Source of the DNA: Thermoplasmata archaeon
GTDB lineage: Archaea > Thermoplasmatota > Thermoplasmata > Lutacidiplasmatales > UBA184
Direction of reading: 5' to 3'
Length of the DNA stretch: 64,000 nucleotides
NCBI GenBank assembly: GCA_028864975.1
Contig: JAGWLG010000002.1
Coordinates: 101,600-165,599, forward strand
The notes beneath the pieces were generated by a model. It was not told the DNA's origin, did no database searches, and saw only the letters and a program-made list of their open reading frames with translations. The position numbers and the translations under genes were made by a program. Positions 25,532-33,743 of the stretch are shown one piece after another. The stretch's first letter is position 1, and every line of letters begins with the position of its first letter.

Positions 25532-26137
25532 TCAACGTGGCGGGGCAGGGGGTGGGGCGTTCCACCCGCCCCCGGGTCGACGCTCGTGCTGAGCGGGGGC
25601 CCCGCCCGGACCACCGGGCACCTTCCCCAGGGCCTCGAGCCGACGCTGGCGCATGCTCTCGGTCCACTGCGCAAGTCCCTGGGCTTCCCGAGTACTGCCG
25701 GTGAGAAGATAGAGGGTCGAGAGCCCCATGCCCGAGAGCTCGACCATCAGTTCCATTCGGTTGTCCTTCACCTTGACCTCCTGGATCTTCTCGAGGTCGG
25801 CCCCAAAGCGAGGTCGGAACTGCCGTTCCTTGCCGAAGAGGCCCTTCTCGACCTCGTCGAACCCATAGCCGATCATTCGCTGGTCGGTTACGATGAGGTT
25901 CGTGGGTCGCTCCACCATCTCGTAGCGGATCTCGTCCATCCTCACCCCACGTCCCCCCTGGATCCCGATGACCATCGAGAACAGGTTGGGTAGGAAGCCC
26001 AGGATCTGTTCCCCCGGACGCCACGGGATCAGGGGGAGGACCTCGGGAGGGACACCACCCGCCATCGCGCCTCGAGGCGCATCAGCACTTGCTAGGCGAT
26101 AAACGATGGCCCCCTCGCACGGAGCCAAGAGCCCCAC
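25532..26137 (-). CDS. Hypothetical protein, possible bacterial-type PH/GRAM-like fold, Pro/Gly-rich tail
   Basis: The core NLIVTDQRMIGYGF...LEKIQEVKVKDNRMELMVEL resembles bPH-type beta-sandwich signatures. The start is GTG 26137 or ATG 26065. Confidence 0.5.
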   Translation of the reverse strand: MGLLAPCEGAIVYRLASADAPRGAMAGGVPPEVLPLIPWRPGEQILGFLPNLFSMVIGIQGGRGVRMDEIRYEMVERPTNLIVTDQRMIGYGFDEVEKGLFGKERQFRPRFGADLEKIQEVKVKDNRMELMVELSGMGLSTLYLLTGSTREAQGLAQWTESMRQRRLEALGKVPGGPGGAPAQHERRPGGGWNAPPPAPPR

Positions 26138-26153
26138 GAAGGGGAGCGCAGGA

Positions 26154-26456
26154 TCACCCGAAGTAGACCTGGACCTGCTCGGGGACCTTCTTTTCCTCTT
26201 CGGGCTTCGCCGCGTGGAGGATGTCGATGGAGAGGACCATGGCGGCGGGGATCAGCCGGATCCGCCCCTTCGCTTCCTTGCCGTGGGTGTCGTCGAGCTC
26301 GATGGAGAGCGCCTGGTCGCCGCTCCCGATGCCGACGTAGCCACGGAAGGTTCCCGTGGTCACGAGCGGGTCCTCCCCCTTGTCCCCGGACCGCACCTGG
26401 ACCGAGGAGCCCGTGGTCAGGGACATCCCGGAACGCTTGGGCTTCTCTTCCGCCAT
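26154..26456 (-). CDS. Hypothetical small beta-rich protein (100 aa)
   Basis: Clean ORF with ATG start, balanced composition and its own strong TATA box. No family recognised. Confidence 0.5.
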   Translation of the reverse strand: MAEEKPKRSGMSLTTGSSVQVRSGDKGEDPLVTTGTFRGYVGIGSGDQALSIELDDTHGKEAKGRIRLIPAAMVLSIDILHAAKPEEEKKVPEQVQVYFG

Positions 26457-26491
26457 CGGGTTCCCGCCTCAGGTATGCACCAGAGAGGTGG

Positions 26492-26499
26492 GATATATG
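26492..26499 (-). promoter_or_regulatory. TATA box (CATATATC on minus strand) for the 100-aa gene
   Basis: Best TATA match in the window. Its centre is about 39 nt upstream of ATG 26456, with a GAGG about 11 nt before the ATG. Confidence 0.4.
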
Positions 26500-26524
26500 C
26501 GACTTCGCAGGGGCGGCCCCGGGC

Positions 26525-27067
26525 CTACGCGCGCACGGAGGGGGCGGTGAGGGCCTTCCCAAGGGCTTCCCTACGCTCGACTCCGGGTGTTGGGGTCGGC
26601 TTGCGCGAGCTCTCGACAAGCCCCTGCAGGTGATCGACCGTTTCGCGGTAGCGCTTGAGCGCGTTCTGCGCGTTCGCCTCGACGAAGTCCCACGCCTTGG
26701 CCAGGTTCCCGTAGCGAATGCGGTAGCCCTTTCGGCCCTTCCCGGTCGCACGGACCTCGGGCACTTCTTCGAGCAGGTCCATCGCCTTCAGCTTGTTGAT
26801 GTGCCGGTAGACCGTCGGCTTGCTGGTCTTGAGCACCCCCGAGAGTTCCTCCGGGTACCAGGGACGTTCGGGGTTCCGCAGGAAGCAGTCCCGCACCAAT
26901 CGGTAGGCGATCGACCGGTCGCCCCCCTCTCCTTCGGGGAGATACCCGATCAGGGTCAAGAACTCCCTCAAGACCTCGTCCAAGTCCTTCACCGGCGTGA
27001 GGGGCGTGGTGTAGCGGACCTGGATCTCGAACGTCACGGGAGCTCCTGGAGATGAGACGACGGCCAC
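26525..27067 (-). CDS. Winged-helix (ArsR/TrmB-like) transcriptional regulator
   Basis: ELSGVLKTSKPTVYRHINKLKAMDLLEEV followed by a wing (GKGRKGYRIRYG). GTG start; an alternative GTG is at 27037. Confidence 0.65.
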   Translation of the reverse strand: MAVVSSPGAPVTFEIQVRYTTPLTPVKDLDEVLREFLTLIGYLPEGEGGDRSIAYRLVRDCFLRNPERPWYPEELSGVLKTSKPTVYRHINKLKAMDLLEEVPEVRATGKGRKGYRIRYGNLAKAWDFVEANAQNALKRYRETVDHLQGLVESSRKPTPTPGVERREALGKALTAPSVRA

Positions 27068-27133
27068 GCCAAATGAACGTTGCGCGGGGGCTCCCGCACG
27101 AAGGACGCCTCCCTGTGGCGCGAGGTGCGCCGA

Positions 27134-27141
27134 ACTATAGG
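27134..27141 (+). promoter_or_regulatory. TATA-like box (ACTATAGG) for the Mo-hydroxylase/purP/gcvT gene chain
   Basis: Centre lies about 40 nt upstream of ATG 27178. Confidence 0.3.
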
Positions 27142-27177
27142 AAAGGGGGTTGAAGGGGAAGCTCTTCGACGGTCGGA

Positions 27178-28047
27178 ATGAGCTTCACGCTCCACTTCCC
27201 GACCCGGCTCGAAGAGGCTTGGGACCTCTTGGAACAGGGGCCCCCCGGCGCCTCGCTACCGATCGCGGGGGGGACGGACCTGCTCCTCGGGCTCGACTTC
27301 GGCCGCTTTGCCCCTGAGAGGCTCGTCTCCCTGTCGCGGCTGCCTCTCCAGCGGCTCGAGTTCGGACGGGACGGGGTCCGGATCGGCAGCATGCTGCCCT
27401 TGCGGACGCTCGAGCTCGACGAGCGTGTCAGGAAGGGCGTGCCCGCGCTCGCCCAGGCGATCAACGAGGTCGGGAGCGTGCAGCTCCGTCATCGAGCGAC
27501 CCTGGGAGGGAACGTGGTACGTGCCTCGGCCACCTCCGATCTGCTTCCGCCCCTGGTGGCCTTGGAGACCGAGCTCACGCTCGTAAGCCGCGGGGGACGC
27601 CGCACGGTCAGGCTGGAAGGGTTCGTGGAAGGTTCCTGGAAGACCGGCCTTCGCGTGGGGGAGATCGTGGAGGAGCTGCATGTCCCCTCACCGCGTCCCG
27701 GGACCTACCAATGGCAACGGGTGCGTCCTGCGAACGACATCTCCCAGGTGGGCGTCGCCGTCGTGCGGCATCCGAAGAACGGGGGAGGCCCTTCCGTACG
27801 CTGGAGGATAGTCGCGGGAGGGACGGCAGGGTCGTTCCAGCGGCTCACGAGGGCGGAGGCCTGCCTCGAGCGTGACGAGCCCTCGGAGCGGGAAGTCGCG
27901 GAGGCCGCTCGTGAAGCCGCTGGGGAGGCGAAGTTCCTGACCGACCTTAGGGCGGCCGAGGAGTACCGAAGGCACCTCCTGAGGGTCCTCGTTCGCCGGG
28001 GGATCGAACGGACGGTACGCTCGGCTGCGACCGCCGGGGGCGGTTGA
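27178..28047 (+). CDS. Molybdenum hydroxylase FAD-binding (medium) subunit, CoxM/XdhB-like
   Basis: IAGGTDLL FAD-binding signature with an ATLGGN motif. Length is typical of the medium subunit. Confidence 0.85.
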   Translation: MSFTLHFPTRLEEAWDLLEQGPPGASLPIAGGTDLLLGLDFGRFAPERLVSLSRLPLQRLEFGRDGVRIGSMLPLRTLELDERVRKGVPALAQAINEVGSVQLRHRATLGGNVVRASATSDLLPPLVALETELTLVSRGGRRTVRLEGFVEGSWKTGLRVGEIVEELHVPSPRPGTYQWQRVRPANDISQVGVAVVRHPKNGGGPSVRWRIVAGGTAGSFQRLTRAEACLERDEPSEREVAEAAREAAGEAKFLTDLRAAEEYRRHLLRVLVRRGIERTVRSAATAGGG

Positions 28048-28637
28048 TGTCATCGCGCCCCCACCCGCTCCGGACGACCGTCAATGGCCGGAAGCGCACG
28101 CTCCGCGGGGTTCCCGACGACGAGCGGCTGCTGGACCTCCTGCGTTGGCGTCTCGGATTGAGAGGCACGAAGGAGGGTTGCCGCACGGGAGATTGTGGCG
28201 CCTGTACGGTCCTGCTCGACGACCGGACGACGCTCTCCTGTCTCACGCTCGCCCATGAGATCGAGGCCCGTCGCGTCGAGACGATCGAGCATCTTGCACG
28301 GGGGAGTCCTGGGGGAAAGAAGGTCGCCGAGGCGTTCGCCCTCGCGGGGGGCGTGCAGTGCGGGTACTGCACCCCAGGCTTCGTGGTCGCCGTCGAGGGG
28401 TGGCTCCGCGAGCGGGAGGGAAGGGCACCCCAGGGGGTCGAGCAGCTTGCCGACGAGCTGGGAGGGAATCTCTGTCGGTGCACCGGGTACTACGGGATCC
28501 TTCGTTCGCTCTCGAGGGTGCTCAACGAACGGGCCCGCGAGGTCTCGGAAGGGCCCGCTCGCTCGCGGTTCGCGAGGGTGGCCACCTCCCGCTCGGCGAC
28601 GGTAGGATCCGGGTCGAAGGAGGAGGAACACCCATGA
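28047..28637 (+). CDS. Molybdenum hydroxylase [2Fe-2S] (small) subunit, CoxS/XdhC-type ferredoxin
   Basis: CRTGDCGACTV (plant-type cluster) and CGYCTPGF...NLCRCTGY (second cluster). ATG 28047 overlaps the upstream TGA (TGATG). Confidence 0.9.
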   Translation: MSSRPHPLRTTVNGRKRTLRGVPDDERLLDLLRWRLGLRGTKEGCRTGDCGACTVLLDDRTTLSCLTLAHEIEARRVETIEHLARGSPGGKKVAEAFALAGGVQCGYCTPGFVVAVEGWLREREGRAPQGVEQLADELGGNLCRCTGYYGILRSLSRVLNERAREVSEGPARSRFARVATSRSATVGSGSKEEEHP

Positions 28638-30937
28638 CCCGTCCTGACGCTCTTCCCAAGGCGGAAGGGAGGGTCGAGTTCGGCGCGGACCTCTCTGCCC
28701 CCAGGATGTTGTGGGCCGCCTACGCCACGGCCCCCCATCCGCACGCCCGCCTACGTTCACTATCGGTGGACGAGGCGCTGGCCACGCCAGGGGTCCGGGC
28801 GGTCCTGACCGCGGCCGACCTCTCCGCGCTGCTCCCCAAGAGGAAACCGGACCCGCAGCGCCCTCTGCTGGTGGCCAAGGAGTCGCGGTTCCAGGGAGAG
28901 CCCTTCGCCCTCGTGGCCGCGGAGGACCTCGCCACAGCACGGGCGGCGGCGCGGAGGGTCCGGGCGGATTGGGAGGTTCTTCCTGCCTTCACGGACCTCA
29001 CGAAAGAGCTCCCTTCCTGGCCGACCCCCGAGGTGATGAAGGGGGACGACCGGGTCAACGCCCACGTTCTGGCCTCTCGAGGAGATTTCGAGAAGGCCTG
29101 CCGGGACGCTGACGTGGTCCACGACGAGACCTACCGAACGAACATGGTCGCGCAGGTTCCGATGGAACCTCACGCCTGCCTGGCCCGCGTTCGTGGCGAG
29201 GATTGGCACGTCCGGACGACCACGCAAACCCCCTTCGGATTGCGCGAGGACCTCGTGGACAAGCTCGGCCTCCCCACGGAGAGGGTCCGGGTGGAAGGGA
29301 CCTGGGTCGGGGGAGGCTTCGGGGGCAAGAACGAGGCGCTTCTGGAGGCGCACGCCCTGCTGCTCTCGAAGCGGACGGGTCGGCCGGTTCGGCTCGCGCT
29401 CACGTTCCGGGAGGAGTTCCTCTTCTCGAGGACCACCCAACCCGCGGTCTTCCAGATGACGAGCTGTGTCCGGGGCGGACGGCTCATCGGTCGTCGTACG
29501 AGGCTCCTGCTCGACACCGGGGCCTCCCTCCCGGGTCGGGACTTCGCGCTGGGGTATGCGCTCGGATTCACGCTGGGGCCCTACCGTCTCGACGCCTGGG
29601 AGCTCGAGGGGTACGCCCTGCGGACCCACCGACCCCCGTTCGGCCCGCACCGCGCGCCGCTTGCGCCGCAGTGCAGCTTCGCCGCCGAAAGCCATCTCGA
29701 CTCCCTCGCCCGCCGGATCGGGGTCGACCCTATCGCCTTCCGACGTCAGCATGTCTGGGAGGCCGGGGAGAAGACCGCGTTCGGCCAGGAGGTCCCGCCG
29801 TTCGCGGCCGCGGAGGCGCTGGCGCGGGGGCAGGCGCTGGAACGGTCGTGGAGGGCCGAGCTCCCCCCGGGCGGTGGGATCGGGATCGCGGTCGGGTTCT
29901 GGTCCACAGGGACCGGGGCGGGAGGCGAGGCCATCGTGCGACTCTGCCCCACCGGTCTCACCATCGTTCAAGGGGAGCGGGAGATCGGCACCGGCTCGGT
30001 GTGCGAGGCCACGCGGGCCATCGCATCGAGGGTGACGGGCCTGCCCATGGAAGCGGTCCAGGTCGAGTACCTTGACACGTCGCGTGCGCCGTTCGATAGC
30101 GGGGTCTGGGGGAGTCGGACGACCATCGCCCTCGGACGTGCCGTCCAAAAGGCGTGCGAGGCGCTTCTTCACGACCTCGGACGGCGTGGGCTTGGTCTTG
30201 GCCGTGGTCATCCGAGGCAATCCCGCCGAGGGGCCCCCGAGGTCCGACTGGAGCTCTTTCGAGGGAGGGTCATGGTACGGCAGGGCGAGCTCGCGCGACC
30301 GCTCGTCGCGCTCCTGACCTCGCAAGAGCGCAAGCGTGGGGGGGTCGAAGCGCTCGGCAAGGAATACGGGAGGTCCCACGACATCGACCGTTCGGTGGTG
30401 AAGGACGGGGAGCTCTACCCCTATTCGGACCTCATCGCGTCCGTGCATCTCGCGCAGGTGGCCGTGGACCGAGACACGGGGGCTGTCCGGGTCGAACGCT
30501 ATGCCGCCTTCCAGGATGCGGGCCACGTGGTGGACCCGGAGGGATACCGCGGCCAGGTCGAAGGGGCCGTCCTGATGGGCCTGGGGACCGCGCTGACGGA
30601 GGAGGGGCTCCTCACCCCGCAAGGTCGGTTGCAGAACCCGGGGCTCCTGGACTACCGGATCCCGACCATCCGCGACGTGCCATCGGAACTCCAGATCGTG
30701 GCCATTGAGGGACATCCGGGCAGCGGACCCTGGGGGGCGAAAGGGGTCGGCGAGCCGCCGATCATCCCCGTCCCCGCGGCGGTGGCGAACGCGCTCGCGG
30801 ATGCGACCGGGGCGAGGGTGCTCGAGATCCCCCTCACGCCCGAGCGGGTGGCCCGAGCCCTCGGTATTATCTCTGCGCGCGCTCCCACCCAAGAGGTCCC
30901 GGGGATGCCACCGGTCACGCCGACGGGGGGGAAGTGA
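28634..30937 (+). CDS. Molybdopterin-binding (large) subunit of the xanthine dehydrogenase / aldehyde oxidase / CO-DH family
   Basis: ATG 28634 follows AGGAGGA and overlaps the upstream stop (ATGA). Motifs are GGGFGGKNE, MEPHACLA and GAKGVGEPP. No CODH-specific AYRCSFR loop was seen. Confidence 0.9.
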   Translation: MTRPDALPKAEGRVEFGADLSAPRMLWAAYATAPHPHARLRSLSVDEALATPGVRAVLTAADLSALLPKRKPDPQRPLLVAKESRFQGEPFALVAAEDLATARAAARRVRADWEVLPAFTDLTKELPSWPTPEVMKGDDRVNAHVLASRGDFEKACRDADVVHDETYRTNMVAQVPMEPHACLARVRGEDWHVRTTTQTPFGLREDLVDKLGLPTERVRVEGTWVGGGFGGKNEALLEAHALLLSKRTGRPVRLALTFREEFLFSRTTQPAVFQMTSCVRGGRLIGRRTRLLLDTGASLPGRDFALGYALGFTLGPYRLDAWELEGYALRTHRPPFGPHRAPLAPQCSFAAESHLDSLARRIGVDPIAFRRQHVWEAGEKTAFGQEVPPFAAAEALARGQALERSWRAELPPGGGIGIAVGFWSTGTGAGGEAIVRLCPTGLTIVQGEREIGTGSVCEATRAIASRVTGLPMEAVQVEYLDTSRAPFDSGVWGSRTTIALGRAVQKACEALLHDLGRRGLGLGRGHPRQSRRGAPEVRLELFRGRVMVRQGELARPLVALLTSQERKRGGVEALGKEYGRSHDIDRSVVKDGELYPYSDLIASVHLAQVAVDRDTGAVRVERYAAFQDAGHVVDPEGYRGQVEGAVLMGLGTALTEEGLLTPQGRLQNPGLLDYRIPTIRDVPSELQIVAIEGHPGSGPWGAKGVGEPPIIPVPAAVANALADATGARVLEIPLTPERVARALGIISARAPTQEVPGMPPVTPTGGK

Positions 30938-32088
30938 TCGACCGCGGCAAGGTCCAGGCCCGCCTGAAGGACTACCCCCTCCCGCCCGTGGTGGGGGCGG
31001 TGGCGTCCCACTCCGCGCTCGACGCGTTCGACGGGGCTTCCGCGGAGGGGTTCCGAACCCTCGCCATCTGTCAGCGGGGGCGCGAGAAGACCTACAGCCA
31101 GTACTACAGGGCTTTCCGCGACGTGACCGGGAACCTCCTCAAGGGCTGCGTCGACACCGCCTATGTGCTCGAGAAGTTCGACGACATTCTGGACGAAGGC
31201 GTCCAGGAGAAGCTCCGTCAGATGGGCACCCTCTTGGTGCCGAACCGCGCGCTCTCCTCCTACGTTCCCATCGATGAGGTCGAAGAGAAGCTCGCCCTGC
31301 CGATCCTCGGTTCCCGCGCGATGCTGCGCATCGAGGAGAGGAGCGAGCGGGAGAACTACTACACCCTCCTCGAGAAGGCGCAGATCCCGACCCCTCATCC
31401 CGTCGTCGACGTGAAGCAGATCGAGGGGCTCTCGATCGTGAAGCTCCCGCACGCGAAGAAGCGGTTGGAGCGAGGGTTCTTCACCTGTGCCTCCCACGCC
31501 GAGTTCCTCAAGAAATCCGGGGCCCTGCTCGCCCAAGGGACGGTGACCCAGGAAGACCTGGACCACGCGCGCGTGGAGCAGTACATCATCGGACCCGTGT
31601 TCAACCTGAACTTCTTCCTGAGCCCGCTCGCCCCCCGTATCGAACGCTTGGAGCTCCTGGGGGTCGACGAACGGCGCGAGAGCTCGCTGGACGGGATGGT
31701 CCGGCTTCCCGCGGAGCAGCAGCTGGCGTTGCCCGAGACCGCACGGATCCCGGAGTACACCGTCGTGGGTCACGGGAGCCTCACGCTGCGGGAGTCGCTC
31801 CTGGAGGAAGCGCTGAAGCTCGGGGAGAAGTTCGTGGATGCCGCGAAGGAGCGCTATCCTCCAGGGATCATCGGCCCCTTCTGTCTTCAGACCTGCGTGG
31901 ACAAGGACGGCAAGCCCTTCGTCTTCGATGTCGCCGTCCGCCTCGGCGGGGGGACGAACATCCACATGTCGCTCGGCCACCCCTACGGGAACACCCTTTG
32001 GAGGGTCCCGATGTCCTCGGGACGCCGACTCGCCTTCGAACTGCGTCGTGCCCTGGACGAGGGACGCTTGGAGGAGCTCGTCACATGA
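30934..32088 (+). CDS. purP: 5-formaminoimidazole-4-carboxamide ribonucleotide (FAICAR) synthetase, archaeal PurP
   Basis: Collinear with M. jannaschii PurP as I remember it: SHSALD..GA..EGF, LVPNRALSSY, LGVDERRESSLDGMVRLPA, GIIGPFCLQ and RLGGGTN. The GTG start overlaps the upstream stop (GTGA). Confidence 0.9.
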   Translation: MIDRGKVQARLKDYPLPPVVGAVASHSALDAFDGASAEGFRTLAICQRGREKTYSQYYRAFRDVTGNLLKGCVDTAYVLEKFDDILDEGVQEKLRQMGTLLVPNRALSSYVPIDEVEEKLALPILGSRAMLRIEERSERENYYTLLEKAQIPTPHPVVDVKQIEGLSIVKLPHAKKRLERGFFTCASHAEFLKKSGALLAQGTVTQEDLDHARVEQYIIGPVFNLNFFLSPLAPRIERLELLGVDERRESSLDGMVRLPAEQQLALPETARIPEYTVVGHGSLTLRESLLEEALKLGEKFVDAAKERYPPGIIGPFCLQTCVDKDGKPFVFDVAVRLGGGTNIHMSLGHPYGNTLWRVPMSSGRRLAFELRRALDEGRLEELVT

Positions 32089-33305
32089 GCGCATCCTCGC
32101 CCGCCACCGTGGCCGAGGCGACGCCCTCGCCCATCCTCAAGACCCCGCTCCACGACCTTCACGTGGAAGCGGGCGGGCACATGGTCCCCTTTGGAGGGTG
32201 GGAGATGCCGCTCTACTACACTCGGACCGGCATCCTCGAGGAGCACAAGGCCGTGCGGGAGCGGGTCGGGCTGTTCGACGTCTCCCACATGGGGATCGTC
32301 TCGATCGAAGGGAGGTCGTCCGCGGCTCTGCTGGCCCGCCGAACCCCGGCGAACGCCCTGACCACCCCCTCGGGCCGGTGCCGGTACTCCTTCTTCCTGG
32401 ACGCGGAGGCGAGGATGATCGACGACCTCATCTTCACCCGGCTAGATGAGGAGCCGGAGCCCACGAGCTTCCTCTTCGTTCCGAACGCCGGGACGACGCC
32501 ACGGGTCCTGGAGGTCCTGCTCCAGCACCGCCCGGAGGGGTGCGAGATCGTCCGCCACAACGGCAGCCTGGCGATCATCGCGGTGCAGGGTCCGCGGTCC
32601 CGAGAGCTGCTCGAGAACACTTACGGTTGGGACCTCTCGATGAAGATGTACACCGGGGGATTCTTCACCTTCGGAGAGAAGGGGCCGCGCCATTTCGGAA
32701 AGGGGTTCGCCTCGCGGCTTCGCGACGGGAAGGAGGCGTTCATCAGCCGAACGGGGTACACGGGCGAGCTAGGATTCGAGGTGTTCGTCTCCGGAACGCG
32801 GGCCGTCGAGATCTGGAAGCAGCTCTCCGCGAAGGGAGCGGTCCCTTGCGGCCTGGGAGCCCGGGACACGCTGCGCATGGAGAAGGGGTTCCTGCTCTCG
32901 GGCGTCGACTTCCATCGGGACCGGACCCCGCTCGAGGCCGTCATGGACCGCTTCCTCGACATGGACCACCCCTTCGTCGGACGGGAGGCCATGGAGAAGC
33001 AGCGGCAGGGGGGGAAGTACACGCGCTGGTCAGGGGTCCTGGTCGACGACCCCTCCACCATCCCTCGGCATGGGGCCCCGATCCTGCACAACGGGGCTCC
33101 GGTCGCCACGGTGAGCTCGGGTTGTCAATCTCCCACGCTGCATCGAGGGATCGCGCTCGCCTATCTCCCCCCGGAGCTCTCCACGACCGGGACCTCGCTC
33201 GAGATCGAGGTTCGCGGGCGGCGATGCGGTGCGAAGGTCGTCCCTCTCCCGTTCGTTCCGAACGCGCCGTCACCGAAGGCCTCGGCCCCACGAGCTGGGT
33301 CGTAG
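32085..33305 (+). CDS. gcvT: Glycine cleavage system T protein (aminomethyltransferase)
   Basis: TPLHDLHVEAGGHMVPFGGWEMPLYY and VRERVGLFDVSHMG. ATG 32085 overlaps the purP stop (ATGA). Confidence 0.9.
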   Translation: MSASSPATVAEATPSPILKTPLHDLHVEAGGHMVPFGGWEMPLYYTRTGILEEHKAVRERVGLFDVSHMGIVSIEGRSSAALLARRTPANALTTPSGRCRYSFFLDAEARMIDDLIFTRLDEEPEPTSFLFVPNAGTTPRVLEVLLQHRPEGCEIVRHNGSLAIIAVQGPRSRELLENTYGWDLSMKMYTGGFFTFGEKGPRHFGKGFASRLRDGKEAFISRTGYTGELGFEVFVSGTRAVEIWKQLSAKGAVPCGLGARDTLRMEKGFLLSGVDFHRDRTPLEAVMDRFLDMDHPFVGREAMEKQRQGGKYTRWSGVLVDDPSTIPRHGAPILHNGAPVATVSSGCQSPTLHRGIALAYLPPELSTTGTSLEIEVRGRRCGAKVVPLPFVPNAPSPKASAPRAGS

Positions 33306-33332
33306 GCTCCCGCTCCCCGATGGAAGCCTGAA

Positions 33333-33743
33333 GTGCCTCGCGCCTCCCTCACAACCGTGGCGCGACCCCCAGCCCGACGGCGTTTCGGTCACGTCGCGGC
33401 GTGGCTCCGGCTGCGCCTGCCCCCTCCGACGGCGCCGGTCGTGCTCTTGGGCGACCGTCCACCGCCGATGCCGCCCCTGGACCTTCTCGCCCCCGAGCCC
33501 GTGTCGACCGACCCCACGAAGCGGATCTTTACCTGGGAGGAGCCGTGGGGACAGGGGGTCCTGCGTTTGAAGTGGGACGCGGACTCGGCCGAGGTCCTCG
33601 AAGCCGAGTACCGCCTGGAAGCGCGACGCCAACCCTCGCCCTCGGAGGTCAGGGAGTTCTGGGGCGAGGTCAAGAGGAGGGTCGCGGAGCTCGGAACCCT
33701 CCCGGTGGAGGGGGCCGACCCGGTCCCCCGCGGATCAACCTAG
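33333..33743 (+). CDS. Hypothetical protein (weak call)
   Basis: Only the C-terminal ~90 aa (from ATG 33468: MPPLDLL...FTWEEPWGQGVLRLKWDADSAEVLEAEYRLE) look protein-like. It overlaps the convergent aminopeptidase by 9 nt. Confidence 0.3.
   Translation: MPRASLTTVARPPARRRFGHVAAWLRLRLPPPTAPVVLLGDRPPPMPPLDLLAPEPVSTDPTKRIFTWEEPWGQGVLRLKWDADSAEVLEAEYRLEARRQPSPSEVREFWGEVKRRVAELGTLPVEGADPVPRGST

Noticed and set aside
28760-30892. 710-aa ORF on the minus strand
   Set aside because: It is antisense to the Mo-hydroxylase large subunit. It is low-complexity and Arg/Pro/Gly-rich, so it is a shadow ORF.
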